In this document: in pieces, positions 1-10,636 of the stretch
Numbering within the stretch: position 1 is the stretch's first letter
Layout: the number at the start of each line of letters is the position of its first letter
Origin: a virus
Length of the DNA stretch: 64,000 nucleotides
Virus record (IMG/VR): IMGVR_UViG_3300044675_001548
Coordinates: 1-64,000 of that record
Direction: 5' to 3' (one strand)
Position numbers and translations under genes: made by a program
The notes under the pieces: generated by a model
Database searches by the model: none
Seen by the model: the letters and a program-made list of their open reading frames with translations, nothing else
What the model was told of the DNA's origin: nothing

Positions 1-549
1 ATTTACTTCTTCTATTATATAACCACCTTTTCTGTACTGTTCTATTTCCTCAGGTGTTAGTTCAGTTTCAATAAAACCGCCATCCTGATAGTACTTAGCA
101 TTGGGATTAAATATCTTATTTCTTTTAGACTTGGGTTTTTTGAATAATGGATTTTGTGCAAATAATATATTAGTAGCTTCAAGACTTCTTGAATACTTTT
201 TAGAAGCTAAACCTTTCTTACTTGGTTTAGGCATCTGCACAAGTCCTCTAGTTCTACCACCCTTGCGCATAAAATCCTCTGGCTGTTCTAGCTCAGGTTG
301 CATTCTATAATTAGTAGTCAGTTCTTCCCCAGGTTTAATATCCCTTTTGGCATACACATATCTTTTGTCACCAACCTTAACACTATGCATATTTGGCTCA
401 TCAGAGTGATTATGCATATTACCCAGTGTACCTACAGGCTGACCTTGTTTATGTGCAAGACCTATTCTTTCACCTTGTCTAATTTGGTTCTTTGCAAATA
501 ATCCTTTATCTGCATTTGGTATTTTAGATTTGGATACTTTATACTTCAT
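1..549 (-). CDS. SET-domain (lysine methyltransferase) protein, N-terminal 183 codons; runs off the left edge; absent from ORF track
   Basis: Hand translation from ATG 549-547, which overlaps the upstream TAA: MKYKVSKSKIPNADKGLFAKNQIRQGERI...NHSDEPN...YAKRDIKPGEELTTNY...MRKGG...YQDGG...YRKGG. SET motifs GLFA, NHSxxPN and RDIxPGEELTxxY are present; no stop before base 1. Confidence 0.85.
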   Translation of the reverse strand, partial: MKYKVSKSKIPNADKGLFAKNQIRQGERIGLAHKQGQPVGTLGNMHNHSDEPNMHSVKVGDKRYVYAKRDIKPGEELTTNYRMQPELEQPEDFMRKGGRTRGLVQMPKPSKKGLASKKYSRSLEATNILFAQNPLFKKPKSKRNKIFNPNAKYYQDGGFIETELTPEEIEQYRKGGYIIEEVN

Positions 550-3500
550 TATCTTAAAGATATTTGGTTCTTAATATTGGATATTTTAAATATCATATTC
601 ACATTGCCTGATACCATTCTTGACAAACTTAAGAAATTTAAATAATGTCTAAACTTCTTTCTTTGCAAAAGTGGTTTTACATAATCTAAGTTAGCTTGAT
701 TAAGAAGTCTCTTATAACCACTAGGACCTGTCTCCCATATCTGTCTCTCATCATAGTTACCTAATAGTTGTGTAGTTCCTGGGATAAGTGGTCCTTGTGG
801 AGGATAACTTGATCCTATTGGAAACTCAGCTCTATCTTTTGTGATATCCCAGAATTGGTTTAGTCTATATTTGTTTTCTTCTTTAGAGAATAAGATATCA
901 TATCCTGGAACTGGTAAATATGTTGGGTCTACAGATAAAGATGGATTAGGTCGTGGGTATTGTAAACTTAAAGCTACATTATTCTTAGGGAATATGTTTA
1001 AGTTTAAGTATCCGGAAACTTGCTCTGAGTTATATATCAGGGCTCTGTCAAAATTAAAATCAAGAACATGATATTGGTCAAAGCAGTTATACTCAGATCT
1101 TTTGTAACACTCTAATATATACTCTACAGATTTAATTGTAGTTACTGTTTGTCCTGTTGATACAGGTATCTCTATTTCAAATGGGTAATCTACACCATAG
1201 AAGTTACAGTAAGTTCCACATGTTCCACCTGGGTTAGTATCATGCTTCCATATATTAGCCATCAACTGTTGAGTACCATTAAAGGTCTCTCTTACAGTTT
1301 TAGTTGTAAGATAGTTTACTTTAGTTGGTAAAGTTAAATCAGGATGCCAGTCATGGAATGAGATAAAGAAATTATTCTTAGGGTCAAAGCTTACTGTCCA
1401 AGAAGCATCTTCAAATAAGAAAGGATCTCCTAGCAAATACTTGGCTTGACCATCTAATAAAAAGAAGTCACCTTGTCTTCTATAAAGAGTTCCAAAAGGA
1501 GCTGGTCTTTTTGGCTCATTATTAAGTGGTATGTACTCAACTCTACCTTTGAATATATCTCTTAACTTATAGTCTTTTTTAGTAAAGTATAGTACAGAGT
1601 TTTCATTATCATATAATGTTTGACAACCAATACCAGCCACAGGATTATCATTCCATGGATAGTCAGGGAAGTCTACAGTTAACTTATACGGTAAGAAATT
1701 ATTAAACCACCACTTCAAGCCATTCTGTGATATTTCTTTTATACCATCACCATAGCTAAATATCTTACCTTGGTTCTGAGATATATAATATATTCCTGCA
1801 GGAGATGATATTACAGAAAGTCTGTTCTGTGATGAACCATACTCATATGTTCTATCCGCATTAGTTACAGATTGCCCAGGTTGGCTGAACAAACCTCCGT
1901 CACCTATAGTAAGTTTAGTACCAAGTTCAGTTTGTAATTGATCAATACCTTGGAACATTAATGGGCTGTCATTCTTGAATGTAATGAATAAACCACTCTT
2001 GTTTACTTGTTTTATACCACTTACTTCACTAATAAAATCTTTGTAGTTATTAGCAAGGAATATGATCCAGTTATCTCCTCTATAGCTTGTGTCAGATTGT
2101 TGTAGTGAATAAATGATTCTGTTTGGATTATAAGTATAACATAGTGATGCTACTTTAGGATCATAGTATCTACTTTGTAAAGTACCATATGAAAAGTAAT
2201 TAGTAAATAGTTTGGATATACTTAGTGAATAATCATATCTATATTCATTGCCTCTGGTTATAATCTGAGGATCCATGTTAAACATAGACACTAGGTCTGT
2301 GTATTTATATGGGTTATAACTTTTTTCCCATTCATAGTCTCCATCAATTCTAAAGTCTACAAGTACTTCAGACTCCACAAAGAAATCTCTTACAGAAGAG
2401 TTAGCTAAATAAAAGAAAGAGTCTTTAGGTCTAAACTTACCTGGATATCCTGGTGGACCTTGAATAAGACCAAATGGAGTTGGTGGAATTATACCATTTG
2501 ATAAACTATAAAAAGGGTTATCTAAATAATAAAAGTCTTCAGGACTTGTTCCTGTTGCCGTAGGGACTGCTGTTACACCAGATCCAGAAAAACCCAAAAG
2601 ATCAGATGAATCAAACCTTTCAGAGTTTGCATAGAATCTTGCATATGGAATCATGTTTCTTATAGCATAATTATATTCAAACCCATCAGGCTGTCCATAT
2701 AACCAGTCATAGAAAAAGAACATAGAATTCTTTTCTGTATATCTATTTATAAAAATGTCACCACCAAATAAAACAGGAGTTGTTGTTAGTTTACGTTGTG
2801 TTACTTGTTCATCATAACATATACCACTTGTTACATGAGAATTAAATATGTTACTTCCTGTACCTATTTTTTGTTCACAAGGTGTTATTACTATTTGTTT
2901 TATTCCTTGATATGTAGATTGTAACTGTCCATACTGATTACCTAGTCTTACTTTGACAGAAGCATAATGACTTGCAATCCTTGTTGAAAAAGGTAGTGTA
3001 TAATCTTTATAGTCTGGTAAATTTGTATTACTGGGAACTGCTGGAAAAGGTCCATGAACTATTGTACCAAGTGTTTGTAAACTTTGATCAATATAGTTAC
3101 CTGAAGCATCTTGTATAAAAGAAGGACCTTTATTTTGGTTATTTTGTTGTACACCACAGTCTGTTCTTAATACAACTGTGTCAGATCTTTTAAGATTATT
3201 AATACTGTAATTACGGGTTGTTGTTCCAATAACAGGCAGTGTAATTTGATATCTAGGTAATTCAAGTGTATTATCTCTAAGATATGTACTATCTTCAATT
3301 CTAAATCTAACTGTGTCAGTACTTTTATTTGCACCAAAGGCTCCATAAAAACCATGGGCAATCATTTGCAATGCATACTGATCCCACTTAACACATGCAT
3401 ATACACCTCTTAGTGCAATGTCTACACCCTCACTAAAGTAAAATATAAATTGATTTAGTCCACCAACAAGTCTTGAGTATGGATCCATATAAGCAGACTT

Positions 3501-6200
3501 AGGCATCTCTCTTTGGTATTCTGGTGCATTGGTGGTTATCAAGCCTGCACTTGCTGCTGTAGCCGTAGCACCATCCCAAACACCTTGTATACCTGAGAAA
3601 ACAGGTCTAACTCCTGTAAAAATAGTTGATATTGTATCAATAAGCAAACCTGCAGGAGGTACTAATGGAAAAAACGGTGGTGTACCCAAACCATTAAAAT
3701 ATCCTCCAAGCTGTGTAGTATATAAACCAGCTGCTGTATTATAGGCTGTAACAGCAGCATTATAAACAGGACCACCTGCTATAGACCCTGCGTTTGTTGT
3801 AGCAGGTTGTGGAGGAGGTTCATTTATAATATACTTTCCTTGAAATGAATAAACAGCCTCAGCTATACCTAAAATGTACATTATGGTTTTTGTCTCATTA
3901 GACAAAAGCTTCCATTTAGGATGTCTATCTGGTTCTTTGAATTGTTGATCTGATACACCAAGCAAATGACCATAAAGCTTTAGTTCTGTAAATGATAAGA
4001 ACGGAGTCCTAAACATTGTGTCTGGTGAATGGAAAGAAACAATTTCCCTTGGTATGTTTTGCGGAGAACCTGCTTTAATATAAGGATCATTAAGATTATA
4101 ATTTAAGTCAGCAAGATTATTGGTATTACTAATTGGTTTGATTGTGTTAAAGGGATAGTTAGCATAGAGACCTGTTCTGTTTCTTTTAGCATTACCTTTT
4201 ATCTCATAACTCCTAAAGTTGTTAATCATACCCTTAGCGACAACACTTTTGTTACCTTCTCTAGATCCTCTTAAGATTTCATAACCTACAATACCAGGAA
4301 TATCTTCTCCATAATTATCTTTTGGATAAATTATGTTTTCAAAGAATACTCCCATTATTCTTATCTTAAGATTACTGCCAAAAGTAGTATAGTTAGTATT
4401 GCTCTCAAAATGAAGAGTGTTAGCATTCAAGTAATTATCAGGAAACTTATGATGTCTTATATGTTGACCACACAAATCATAAGATGGATCTGATATAGGT
4501 AAACCTGACACAGGATCAGTAGGAACAGCAGTCCAACAATTAGCACTTGCATTCCACACTTCAGGTTTGTTATCCGGATACTTTTCTTCAGACTCCCAGT
4601 AACCCATGTCTCCTACAGCTATGACAGTTCCACCATCATCAGTTGTAGTTCCTATCAGTGGATGTGTTGCAAAAGCACTGGCTGTATTATATACTTCAAA
4701 TAATCTGTCACTTGCAGCAAGTGTGTTTCTATCTGTCCAATCTATAGTCTCTGGATAATTAATACCATTTATTTTGTAATCTCTTTCAACTCTTCCAGGT
4801 ATATGGTAGGATGCAGACTTATCTCCGGTATCATAAACCCACCGGATGAAAAATGCATACACCTCATCTCTCATGTAGCTACCCTTGTTTCCACCTTTAA
4901 TATAGTAGTCTGCAGGATATGCTACTGAAGTCCATCTTGTTTGAATAAGGTTAGCTAGTGGCTGGTAGTTAAAATCAAACTTAGATGTAGTACCTACTCT
5001 TAAAAGGTAATCATTTACTTCTCCAATTTGATTTGACTTTTCTACAATTGGTGTAACAACAGGAAGAAACCTAACAGGTACAGATATTAAATCTTCTTTT
5101 ATCTGGTCTAGTTCTATTCTTTGAGTCTTAGTTGAATATATACCAATCTGCTTAGCCACAGTACCTTGATTTATATTTTGTACAACAACTAGGATAAACT
5201 CATCAAAGTTTTCTGCATCAGCTTCTACTTCAATAACTAATGATCCTTGAAGATCATTATCATACCATATAGGCTGACTGTTACTTGGGGAAAAGTAATC
5301 TGATACTTTTATACCATTAATACTATATGCAATAGTAGCAAAATAAGTTCCATTTCTAAGAGTACCACCTGAGTCACCAAGTCTAACTCTAAGACATGGT
5401 GTTTTTATTATTCTTGCTAACCTGGTGTGAATACAATCCAGAGAATTAAATTGTCTACAAAAAACACATGATGGGTCTGGTTCACCATCTCCATCTGAGT
5501 CTAATGGTTCTGTACAGTTTTCCACCCATTGAACTCCTGGCCATAATATTTGATCACCAAATTCATTAACATAATAGTTTACAATACCATCATAAGTTGC
5601 TGGGGTAATTGAACTACCAGAAGAGTTGGGTGCAGGAACAAATGAGTTTAATCCCCATGTATAATTACTTGCAGGCCATGTCTGAGGATCACCAACATTT
5701 AAATATCTATCAGGATTTAATCCATCAGCCCAATATACTTGCCATGAACAATCTTGTACTAATCTTGCTGAACCAGATATTAAATATCTTTTGTCAAAAC
5801 CTAAACAGGCATCTTGTACAATAGGTCTATAAATACATCTTTCTTCTTCAAGCAATCCTATCTCAGACATAACAGGTTGACCTGTTGCATTGTGTCCAGC
5901 AGTAAATATAATCCACTTATCAGAAAACAAATGTATTGCACCTATTACATATCTTGCTACAACTTTTCTAGCAGGCAATAAAAACTGAGGCATTGTTATT
6001 CCAGGAGGAAAATCTGATGGACATTTAAAGTTTGATGCTTGATTAGATAATGAACCTATGTCACCTTCAATATTGTTATTCACAACATTACGGGCATGTG
6101 TCCACATCCCTTCCTGAATATATGTAGGATCTGAATCTTTATTTAAACCTTTTATAAAATTACTAGGTTTACTTTGAGAAGTATCTTGAATCTTTGCCAT
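549..6200 (-). CDS. Large virion tail protein (stabilisation/hub/muzzle-like), 1883 aa
   Basis: N-terminal FIKGLNKDSD...ARN motif resembles P22 gp10/crAss-like stabilisation proteins; beta-rich; follows ring-protein genes. Confidence 0.65.
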   Translation of the reverse strand: MAKIQDTSQSKPSNFIKGLNKDSDPTYIQEGMWTHARNVVNNNIEGDIGSLSNQASNFKCPSDFPPGITMPQFLLPARKVVARYVIGAIHLFSDKWIIFTAGHNATGQPVMSEIGLLEEERCIYRPIVQDACLGFDKRYLISGSARLVQDCSWQVYWADGLNPDRYLNVGDPQTWPASNYTWGLNSFVPAPNSSGSSITPATYDGIVNYYVNEFGDQILWPGVQWVENCTEPLDSDGDGEPDPSCVFCRQFNSLDCIHTRLARIIKTPCLRVRLGDSGGTLRNGTYFATIAYSINGIKVSDYFSPSNSQPIWYDNDLQGSLVIEVEADAENFDEFILVVVQNINQGTVAKQIGIYSTKTQRIELDQIKEDLISVPVRFLPVVTPIVEKSNQIGEVNDYLLRVGTTSKFDFNYQPLANLIQTRWTSVAYPADYYIKGGNKGSYMRDEVYAFFIRWVYDTGDKSASYHIPGRVERDYKINGINYPETIDWTDRNTLAASDRLFEVYNTASAFATHPLIGTTTDDGGTVIAVGDMGYWESEEKYPDNKPEVWNASANCWTAVPTDPVSGLPISDPSYDLCGQHIRHHKFPDNYLNANTLHFESNTNYTTFGSNLKIRIMGVFFENIIYPKDNYGEDIPGIVGYEILRGSREGNKSVVAKGMINNFRSYEIKGNAKRNRTGLYANYPFNTIKPISNTNNLADLNYNLNDPYIKAGSPQNIPREIVSFHSPDTMFRTPFLSFTELKLYGHLLGVSDQQFKEPDRHPKWKLLSNETKTIMYILGIAEAVYSFQGKYIINEPPPQPATTNAGSIAGGPVYNAAVTAYNTAAGLYTTQLGGYFNGLGTPPFFPLVPPAGLLIDTISTIFTGVRPVFSGIQGVWDGATATAASAGLITTNAPEYQREMPKSAYMDPYSRLVGGLNQFIFYFSEGVDIALRGVYACVKWDQYALQMIAHGFYGAFGANKSTDTVRFRIEDSTYLRDNTLELPRYQITLPVIGTTTRNYSINNLKRSDTVVLRTDCGVQQNNQNKGPSFIQDASGNYIDQSLQTLGTIVHGPFPAVPSNTNLPDYKDYTLPFSTRIASHYASVKVRLGNQYGQLQSTYQGIKQIVITPCEQKIGTGSNIFNSHVTSGICYDEQVTQRKLTTTPVLFGGDIFINRYTEKNSMFFFYDWLYGQPDGFEYNYAIRNMIPYARFYANSERFDSSDLLGFSGSGVTAVPTATGTSPEDFYYLDNPFYSLSNGIIPPTPFGLIQGPPGYPGKFRPKDSFFYLANSSVRDFFVESEVLVDFRIDGDYEWEKSYNPYKYTDLVSMFNMDPQIITRGNEYRYDYSLSISKLFTNYFSYGTLQSRYYDPKVASLCYTYNPNRIIYSLQQSDTSYRGDNWIIFLANNYKDFISEVSGIKQVNKSGLFITFKNDSPLMFQGIDQLQTELGTKLTIGDGGLFSQPGQSVTNADRTYEYGSSQNRLSVISSPAGIYYISQNQGKIFSYGDGIKEISQNGLKWWFNNFLPYKLTVDFPDYPWNDNPVAGIGCQTLYDNENSVLYFTKKDYKLRDIFKGRVEYIPLNNEPKRPAPFGTLYRRQGDFFLLDGQAKYLLGDPFLFEDASWTVSFDPKNNFFISFHDWHPDLTLPTKVNYLTTKTVRETFNGTQQLMANIWKHDTNPGGTCGTYCNFYGVDYPFEIEIPVSTGQTVTTIKSVEYILECYKRSEYNCFDQYHVLDFNFDRALIYNSEQVSGYLNLNIFPKNNVALSLQYPRPNPSLSVDPTYLPVPGYDILFSKEENKYRLNQFWDITKDRAEFPIGSSYPPQGPLIPGTTQLLGNYDERQIWETGPSGYKRLLNQANLDYVKPLLQRKKFRHYLNFLSLSRMVSGNVNMIFKISNIKNQISLR

Positions 6201-6202
6201 AG

Positions 6203-7246
6203 TTATATAACTCTAGTATTTCCGTAATATCTATAAAATGCTGCATTAGGACTATAGCTTTTAAACATGTCATAGTACTTGTTGTACTGGGCTCTTCTGT
6301 TTGTCCACCAAAGTTTTTCCATTTCTTTAAAGTTTGGTGTGTTAACTAAGCTAAGTGCTTGGTTTCTTGCAGCTCTAAGTCTTTGATCAATTAGACCCAT
6401 CCTTTGAGAAACATCTTCTCCGTTCATAAATAAGTTCTCAAGTATTCTTTGTTTTAAAGCATACTCATAATACTCATTAAGTAAATCATGATCAGGTACA
6501 AGTAAGTTACCAGCATTGTCTTCTAATGCTCCTTGGTAATTAAGATATACATTACCTGTCTGAAAGTTTGTAAAAAGAAAACCATCTTTTATCCATCCTT
6601 CAAATGCTGTATTCATGTACAAGTTTGGACAATCACATTCTATACTTTGACTAGCTTTCATTTTTAATGGAATCAGTCTTCTGTATGTTCTTGTTTCTGT
6701 TCTACTCATTATCTGGACCAACTCATACTTTTCACCTTTACAGTTCATGAATACTCTTGGTGGTATACATGTGTCTCCGTAAGGATTGTTTGGATCATAT
6801 GCTGTTGGTATTGGATCTACTATAGGATGATTAAGATCACAAGCTGCTGTATGATTGCATGGATTAGCATTACATGTTCTACAGTTTACACTTTCTGGAG
6901 CACATTGATTTACTGTAGATGGAAACTCTTTGTATGGAACTTCTTGTATATTAGTTCCTCCGGCTGGCCCACCATAACTTGTAGCAAGATCAAACTCTCC
7001 GCATAGTAATGCATAGTTAAATACATAGAAGTCATCTGGTAGTTTTACTTTACCATGACAAACTTCTAATACAACTTCTCTAGTTTGATTTATCCTTAGA
7101 CCCAAATCATAGTTAAGTTTTTTAACCAGTTTGATTAAAGTCTGAGGCTCTATCATATTTTCTAGAGCAAATGTATTCATGTCTACTGTCACATCTTCCA
7201 GCAGCTGATCAAATGTTCTATAGCGGAGTGTATAATTAAAATCCAT
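6203..7246 (-). CDS. Virion structural protein, ring/tail-tubular-like, 347 aa
   Basis: Long ORF between ring-like and stabilisation genes; C-terminal EYYEYALKQRILE helix region resembles adaptor proteins. Confidence 0.45.
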   Translation of the reverse strand: MDFNYTLRYRTFDQLLEDVTVDMNTFALENMIEPQTLIKLVKKLNYDLGLRINQTREVVLEVCHGKVKLPDDFYVFNYALLCGEFDLATSYGGPAGGTNIQEVPYKEFPSTVNQCAPESVNCRTCNANPCNHTAACDLNHPIVDPIPTAYDPNNPYGDTCIPPRVFMNCKGEKYELVQIMSRTETRTYRRLIPLKMKASQSIECDCPNLYMNTAFEGWIKDGFLFTNFQTGNVYLNYQGALEDNAGNLLVPDHDLLNEYYEYALKQRILENLFMNGEDVSQRMGLIDQRLRAARNQALSLVNTPNFKEMEKLWWTNRRAQYNKYYDMFKSYSPNAAFYRYYGNTRVI

Positions 7247-7911
7247 TATCTAAGTATATTTTGCCCATCATCTGTAGAGTCTACAGGTACTGACATCAGC
7301 ATGGTTAATTCTTTTACAACAAGTTGCTCTACTTCAGCAAACAAATATTCTGGTAATGGAAGTGTTTCATCTTGTCTTACCAAACACTCTGCTGCAGGAT
7401 CACATATATCTACATTACCTTCAAATATTGCTTCCATCTTAATTGCATCCCAATCTATGTTTGGACAATACACATAACCATTAAGGTACCAGAAATATGG
7501 CTTCTTGTTATACTTAAATGTTGTTGTCTTAGTCATAGAAACCCAAGTACCAGGATCTGTTCTGAACATTTCTATAGATCCATCTATAGAAGATGTGGTA
7601 CGGATAATAGGACCAAACACACCATTAAGTATAGTTGGTAATTTATCTTTGGATCTTTTTATGTAACACTCAGAATATACACCAACACATCCAGCTTCTA
7701 CTTTGTCTACATCTATAAGTTCAATATAGGGAAGCACTTTGAAGATAGAACTTATCTTCATAAGTCTAAATTGATTATCTTCTCTTTTAATCAGAGCCTG
7801 AGAATACTTTTGCAAAGCAAAATATATTTGCCTGTCTGTTAAAAAGGGATCTTCTTTAACAGCTTTTACAGCATTCCTAACTCTTGATATTGCTTCACCT
7901 ATTGTTGTCAT
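7246..7911 (-). CDS. Virion structural protein, ring/adaptor-like, 221 aa
   Basis: TIGEAISRVRN...LTDRQI N-terminus and C-terminal LPEYL..VEQLV resemble crAss-like ring proteins; synteny. Confidence 0.45.
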   Translation of the reverse strand: MTTIGEAISRVRNAVKAVKEDPFLTDRQIYFALQKYSQALIKREDNQFRLMKISSIFKVLPYIELIDVDKVEAGCVGVYSECYIKRSKDKLPTILNGVFGPIIRTTSSIDGSIEMFRTDPGTWVSMTKTTTFKYNKKPYFWYLNGYVYCPNIDWDAIKMEAIFEGNVDICDPAAECLVRQDETLPLPEYLFAEVEQLVVKELTMLMSVPVDSTDDGQNILR

Positions 7912-8489
7912 ATGTCAAATTCATTATATGTTTTAAGTGCCTTCTCAGTTTCTTTTTTGATATAGTCTTTATATTGCACTTTTCTATATATTGTTTCTAA
8001 TTTAGAAAGAGGATCAAGTCTTACATACATATTCCAATTCTCAGGATAAGTTTTTGCTACAGATCTTTTAAAATCTCTACATGCTCTAAAGCTCCAGAAC
8101 TCTCTGTTCCTTACTCTGTGCTTAGGAGCAAGATTTGTAAAAAATATTTTAGCAAGCTTTCCATCTGTTTCCCAGTTTTTATTTGAAACAGTAACACCAT
8201 ATTTTACTGACTTTGAAAAGTCTATGTTGTTCTTTTTACTTTGCTGACATGTTCCAATAAATATCCAGCCTAATGACTCTGGTAACTGTACACCATCTCT
8301 GGTATCTATAACTGTTTGAAAAATATATCTGTTAAATGTTTTTGCAATCTTTTTCAAACTGTCATTATCCATGTTTTTATACCTTGGATACTTCTTTCTA
8401 AATAAGTCAAAGAACTCTTTGTTTAAAACATTATATACTTCTGGTCTAAACCTTGGAGCCTTAACATCTGGCTTTTTAAATTCCTTCAT
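7908..8489 (-). CDS. HU/IHF-like DNA-binding protein
   Basis: LKKIAKTFNRYIFQTVIDTRDGVQLPESLGWIFI fits the HU helix-strand pattern; basic; crAss-like phages carry an IHF-like gene here. Confidence 0.5.
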   Translation of the reverse strand: MKEFKKPDVKAPRFRPEVYNVLNKEFFDLFRKKYPRYKNMDNDSLKKIAKTFNRYIFQTVIDTRDGVQLPESLGWIFIGTCQQSKKNNIDFSKSVKYGVTVSNKNWETDGKLAKIFFTNLAPKHRVRNREFWSFRACRDFKRSVAKTYPENWNMYVRLDPLSKLETIYRKVQYKDYIKKETEKALKTYNEFDI

Positions 8490-8538
8490 GCTATTACTAT
8501 TAATATACTAAAAATAAATGAGACTAGCAAATGTAATT

Positions 8539-8568
8539 AAAAAACAAAACCCCCACAAGTGTGAGGGT
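8539..8568 (-). terminator. Intrinsic terminator
   Basis: Minus strand ACCCTCAC-ACTT-GTGGGGGT followed by a T-rich tract, downstream of 8609..8857. Confidence 0.7.
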
Positions 8569-8608
8569 GTTGCCTTGTTGTCACAGAAACCAACAACCTG
8601 TAACTTCT

Positions 8609-8857
8609 TTAAGGATTGCACAATTGATCTACTATATTTTGTAGAGCTGTAGCTAAATCTGTATTTGTTGCTATTAATACTACTTCACCGCACATGATGT
8701 TTGGACCAGTGTAAATTACACACTGAGCATCCATTACCTCAGAACATGGTTCTGGAGTGGGACAACCAATAGGTGTTGGACATGGTGCTGGACTTGGCAT
8801 GAAGGTATCTTCACATCCGCATTTTTTACATTTATTTGTTGTAGTTGTAGTTGCCAT
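8609..8857 (-). CDS. Small Cys-rich protein, 82 aa
   Basis: AQCVIYTGPNIMC motif is shared with the N-terminus of 8870..10618 (SNCVIWQGPDIPC). Confidence 0.7.
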   Translation of the reverse strand: MATTTTTNKCKKCGCEDTFMPSPAPCPTPIGCPTPEPCSEVMDAQCVIYTGPNIMCGEVVLIATNTDLATALQNIVDQLCNP

Positions 8858-8869
8858 TACTTTAAAGTT

Positions 8870-10618
8870 TTAAGGTGCACATGGTGTAGGTGTAGGTATC
8901 AATGTACCACATGGACTTATAAATGCTGTAAGACCTGTGATAGATAAAAAGAATCCTCCAACTTCTGTTTCATCATTTGCATTACATGTAAATGGATAAG
9001 TATATGCTGCAGGAAAATCAAGATTTAAATCTGAAGTTCCTCCAGCTGCTAATGAGTGAACTATGTTAGTTGATGTTTTAAACTGTGGAACACTTTCTCC
9101 AGAAATAACATGTGAAATAATATAGTTCAAATGTGATGTATCCCATGCATCATTACTACCATTGATGTTGCTCTCTTCTGAATTCTTAACTAATCCTAAA
9201 CTTAATATACCTGTCTCAGATATATTTAATTTAAAAAGTGTTGACAGAATAGTACTTGTACTTGCACCTATTTTTATAATACGTCTAGAATGTACAAATT
9301 CAGAAGGATGTGAGTATGCTCCATCTAACTGATAACCTGCAGGAATTACTGCAGTGGGTAAAACTGATTCTGCATTACCAGCACCGTTTCTATTAAATTC
9401 AACAGAACCAAATGTATTAAGAATTACACCACCTGGTCCTTGGAAAGGTGTTACAATAGTTGTAGCATTACCTGTAGAAGGATCTTGCTCATAGTTGTTA
9501 ACTGTACTAGTATATAACCATGGTCTTAATGCACTTGTTGTTTCAGCTAATGGAACTACAATATTACCTTTAAAATGTAATAGATTTCCTATTCTTCTTA
9601 CTTGTGGATATTCATATAATGTTCCGGCTGTATCATTCATGTATGTATCAAAACCTACAAGTTTAACCCAACCTGTATCTTGTACATCTGCTGATAATAC
9701 TCCAGAAGAAAAAGTTAGATTTACTGTGTTTGTATCTTGAACATTAATATCAACATTAAAGTTGGATACATAAGTATAAAGATCACATAATGTAATCCAT
9801 ATATTATTTATTGCATCAGCTGCTGTACTTAAATCTCCATCTTGAACCCATGTTCCAGCATAGTAAGCACTAAATGTGGTTACTGTAGGAAGAGCTGCTA
9901 ATGGCTGAGTTAAGTCAGTAATGCATAAGAGTTGAGACTGAACTGCTGCTGAAATTTCAGCTGGTTCTCCTGTGGCTCCTTTAAGAGCACAGTAACCAAC
10001 AGTAGCATCATTTAATAAAGCATTTAATACAACATCAATTCCTGCTGTAGCTGGACTACCTGCTATATAAGATTGCAAACAACCTGTACTTATTGTAGGT
10101 AATGTATATACTGGAGGAACTGTATTCTCAATTATTGTTACTCTAGTATTTAAGTCATCAATCTGAGTCTGTAAGTTTAAAATTTCTAATGCAATAGAAC
10201 AGATTTTTTCACCTATCATATTTACATAATCTACTAATTGCATAGTAGTTTGTGTACCTATGACAAAACATGGAGCAACTGTTACTACACAATCAGGACA
10301 TGTTGAAGTAGATCTTCTAGTACCTGCTAACTCTGTGTTATTAATATTTTCAAGAGCACAGATTCTATCAATAATTAATTGAATTAGTTTTTGAAAATCA
10401 TCTGGAGGACATGCTGTTAAATTAAAACATGATAAATCATAGTTTGTAATCTTAAGTGTTTCCATTATAGCACACAGCTCTGTGGCTAGTTTAAATATTA
10501 CATCAGATACAGTATCTCCTGTACACAATTTAATACATGGAATATCTGGACCTTGCCATATCACACAATTACTTGATATTGGGCTACATGGTCTATTATC
10601 TAAGTTTAAGGGCTTCAT
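8870..10618 (-). CDS. Putative tail fibre/spike protein, 582 aa
   Basis: Cys-rich N-terminus, coiled-coil heptads (LNLQTQIDDLNTRVTIIE), beta-rich C-terminal head with VRRIGNLLHFKG. Confidence 0.55.
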   Translation of the reverse strand: MKPLNLDNRPCSPISSNCVIWQGPDIPCIKLCTGDTVSDVIFKLATELCAIMETLKITNYDLSCFNLTACPPDDFQKLIQLIIDRICALENINNTELAGTRRSTSTCPDCVVTVAPCFVIGTQTTMQLVDYVNMIGEKICSIALEILNLQTQIDDLNTRVTIIENTVPPVYTLPTISTGCLQSYIAGSPATAGIDVVLNALLNDATVGYCALKGATGEPAEISAAVQSQLLCITDLTQPLAALPTVTTFSAYYAGTWVQDGDLSTAADAINNIWITLCDLYTYVSNFNVDINVQDTNTVNLTFSSGVLSADVQDTGWVKLVGFDTYMNDTAGTLYEYPQVRRIGNLLHFKGNIVVPLAETTSALRPWLYTSTVNNYEQDPSTGNATTIVTPFQGPGGVILNTFGSVEFNRNGAGNAESVLPTAVIPAGYQLDGAYSHPSEFVHSRRIIKIGASTSTILSTLFKLNISETGILSLGLVKNSEESNINGSNDAWDTSHLNYIISHVISGESVPQFKTSTNIVHSLAAGGTSDLNLDFPAAYTYPFTCNANDETEVGGFFLSITGLTAFISPCGTLIPTPTPCAP

Positions 10619-10636
10619 ATTATAATATACTAATTA

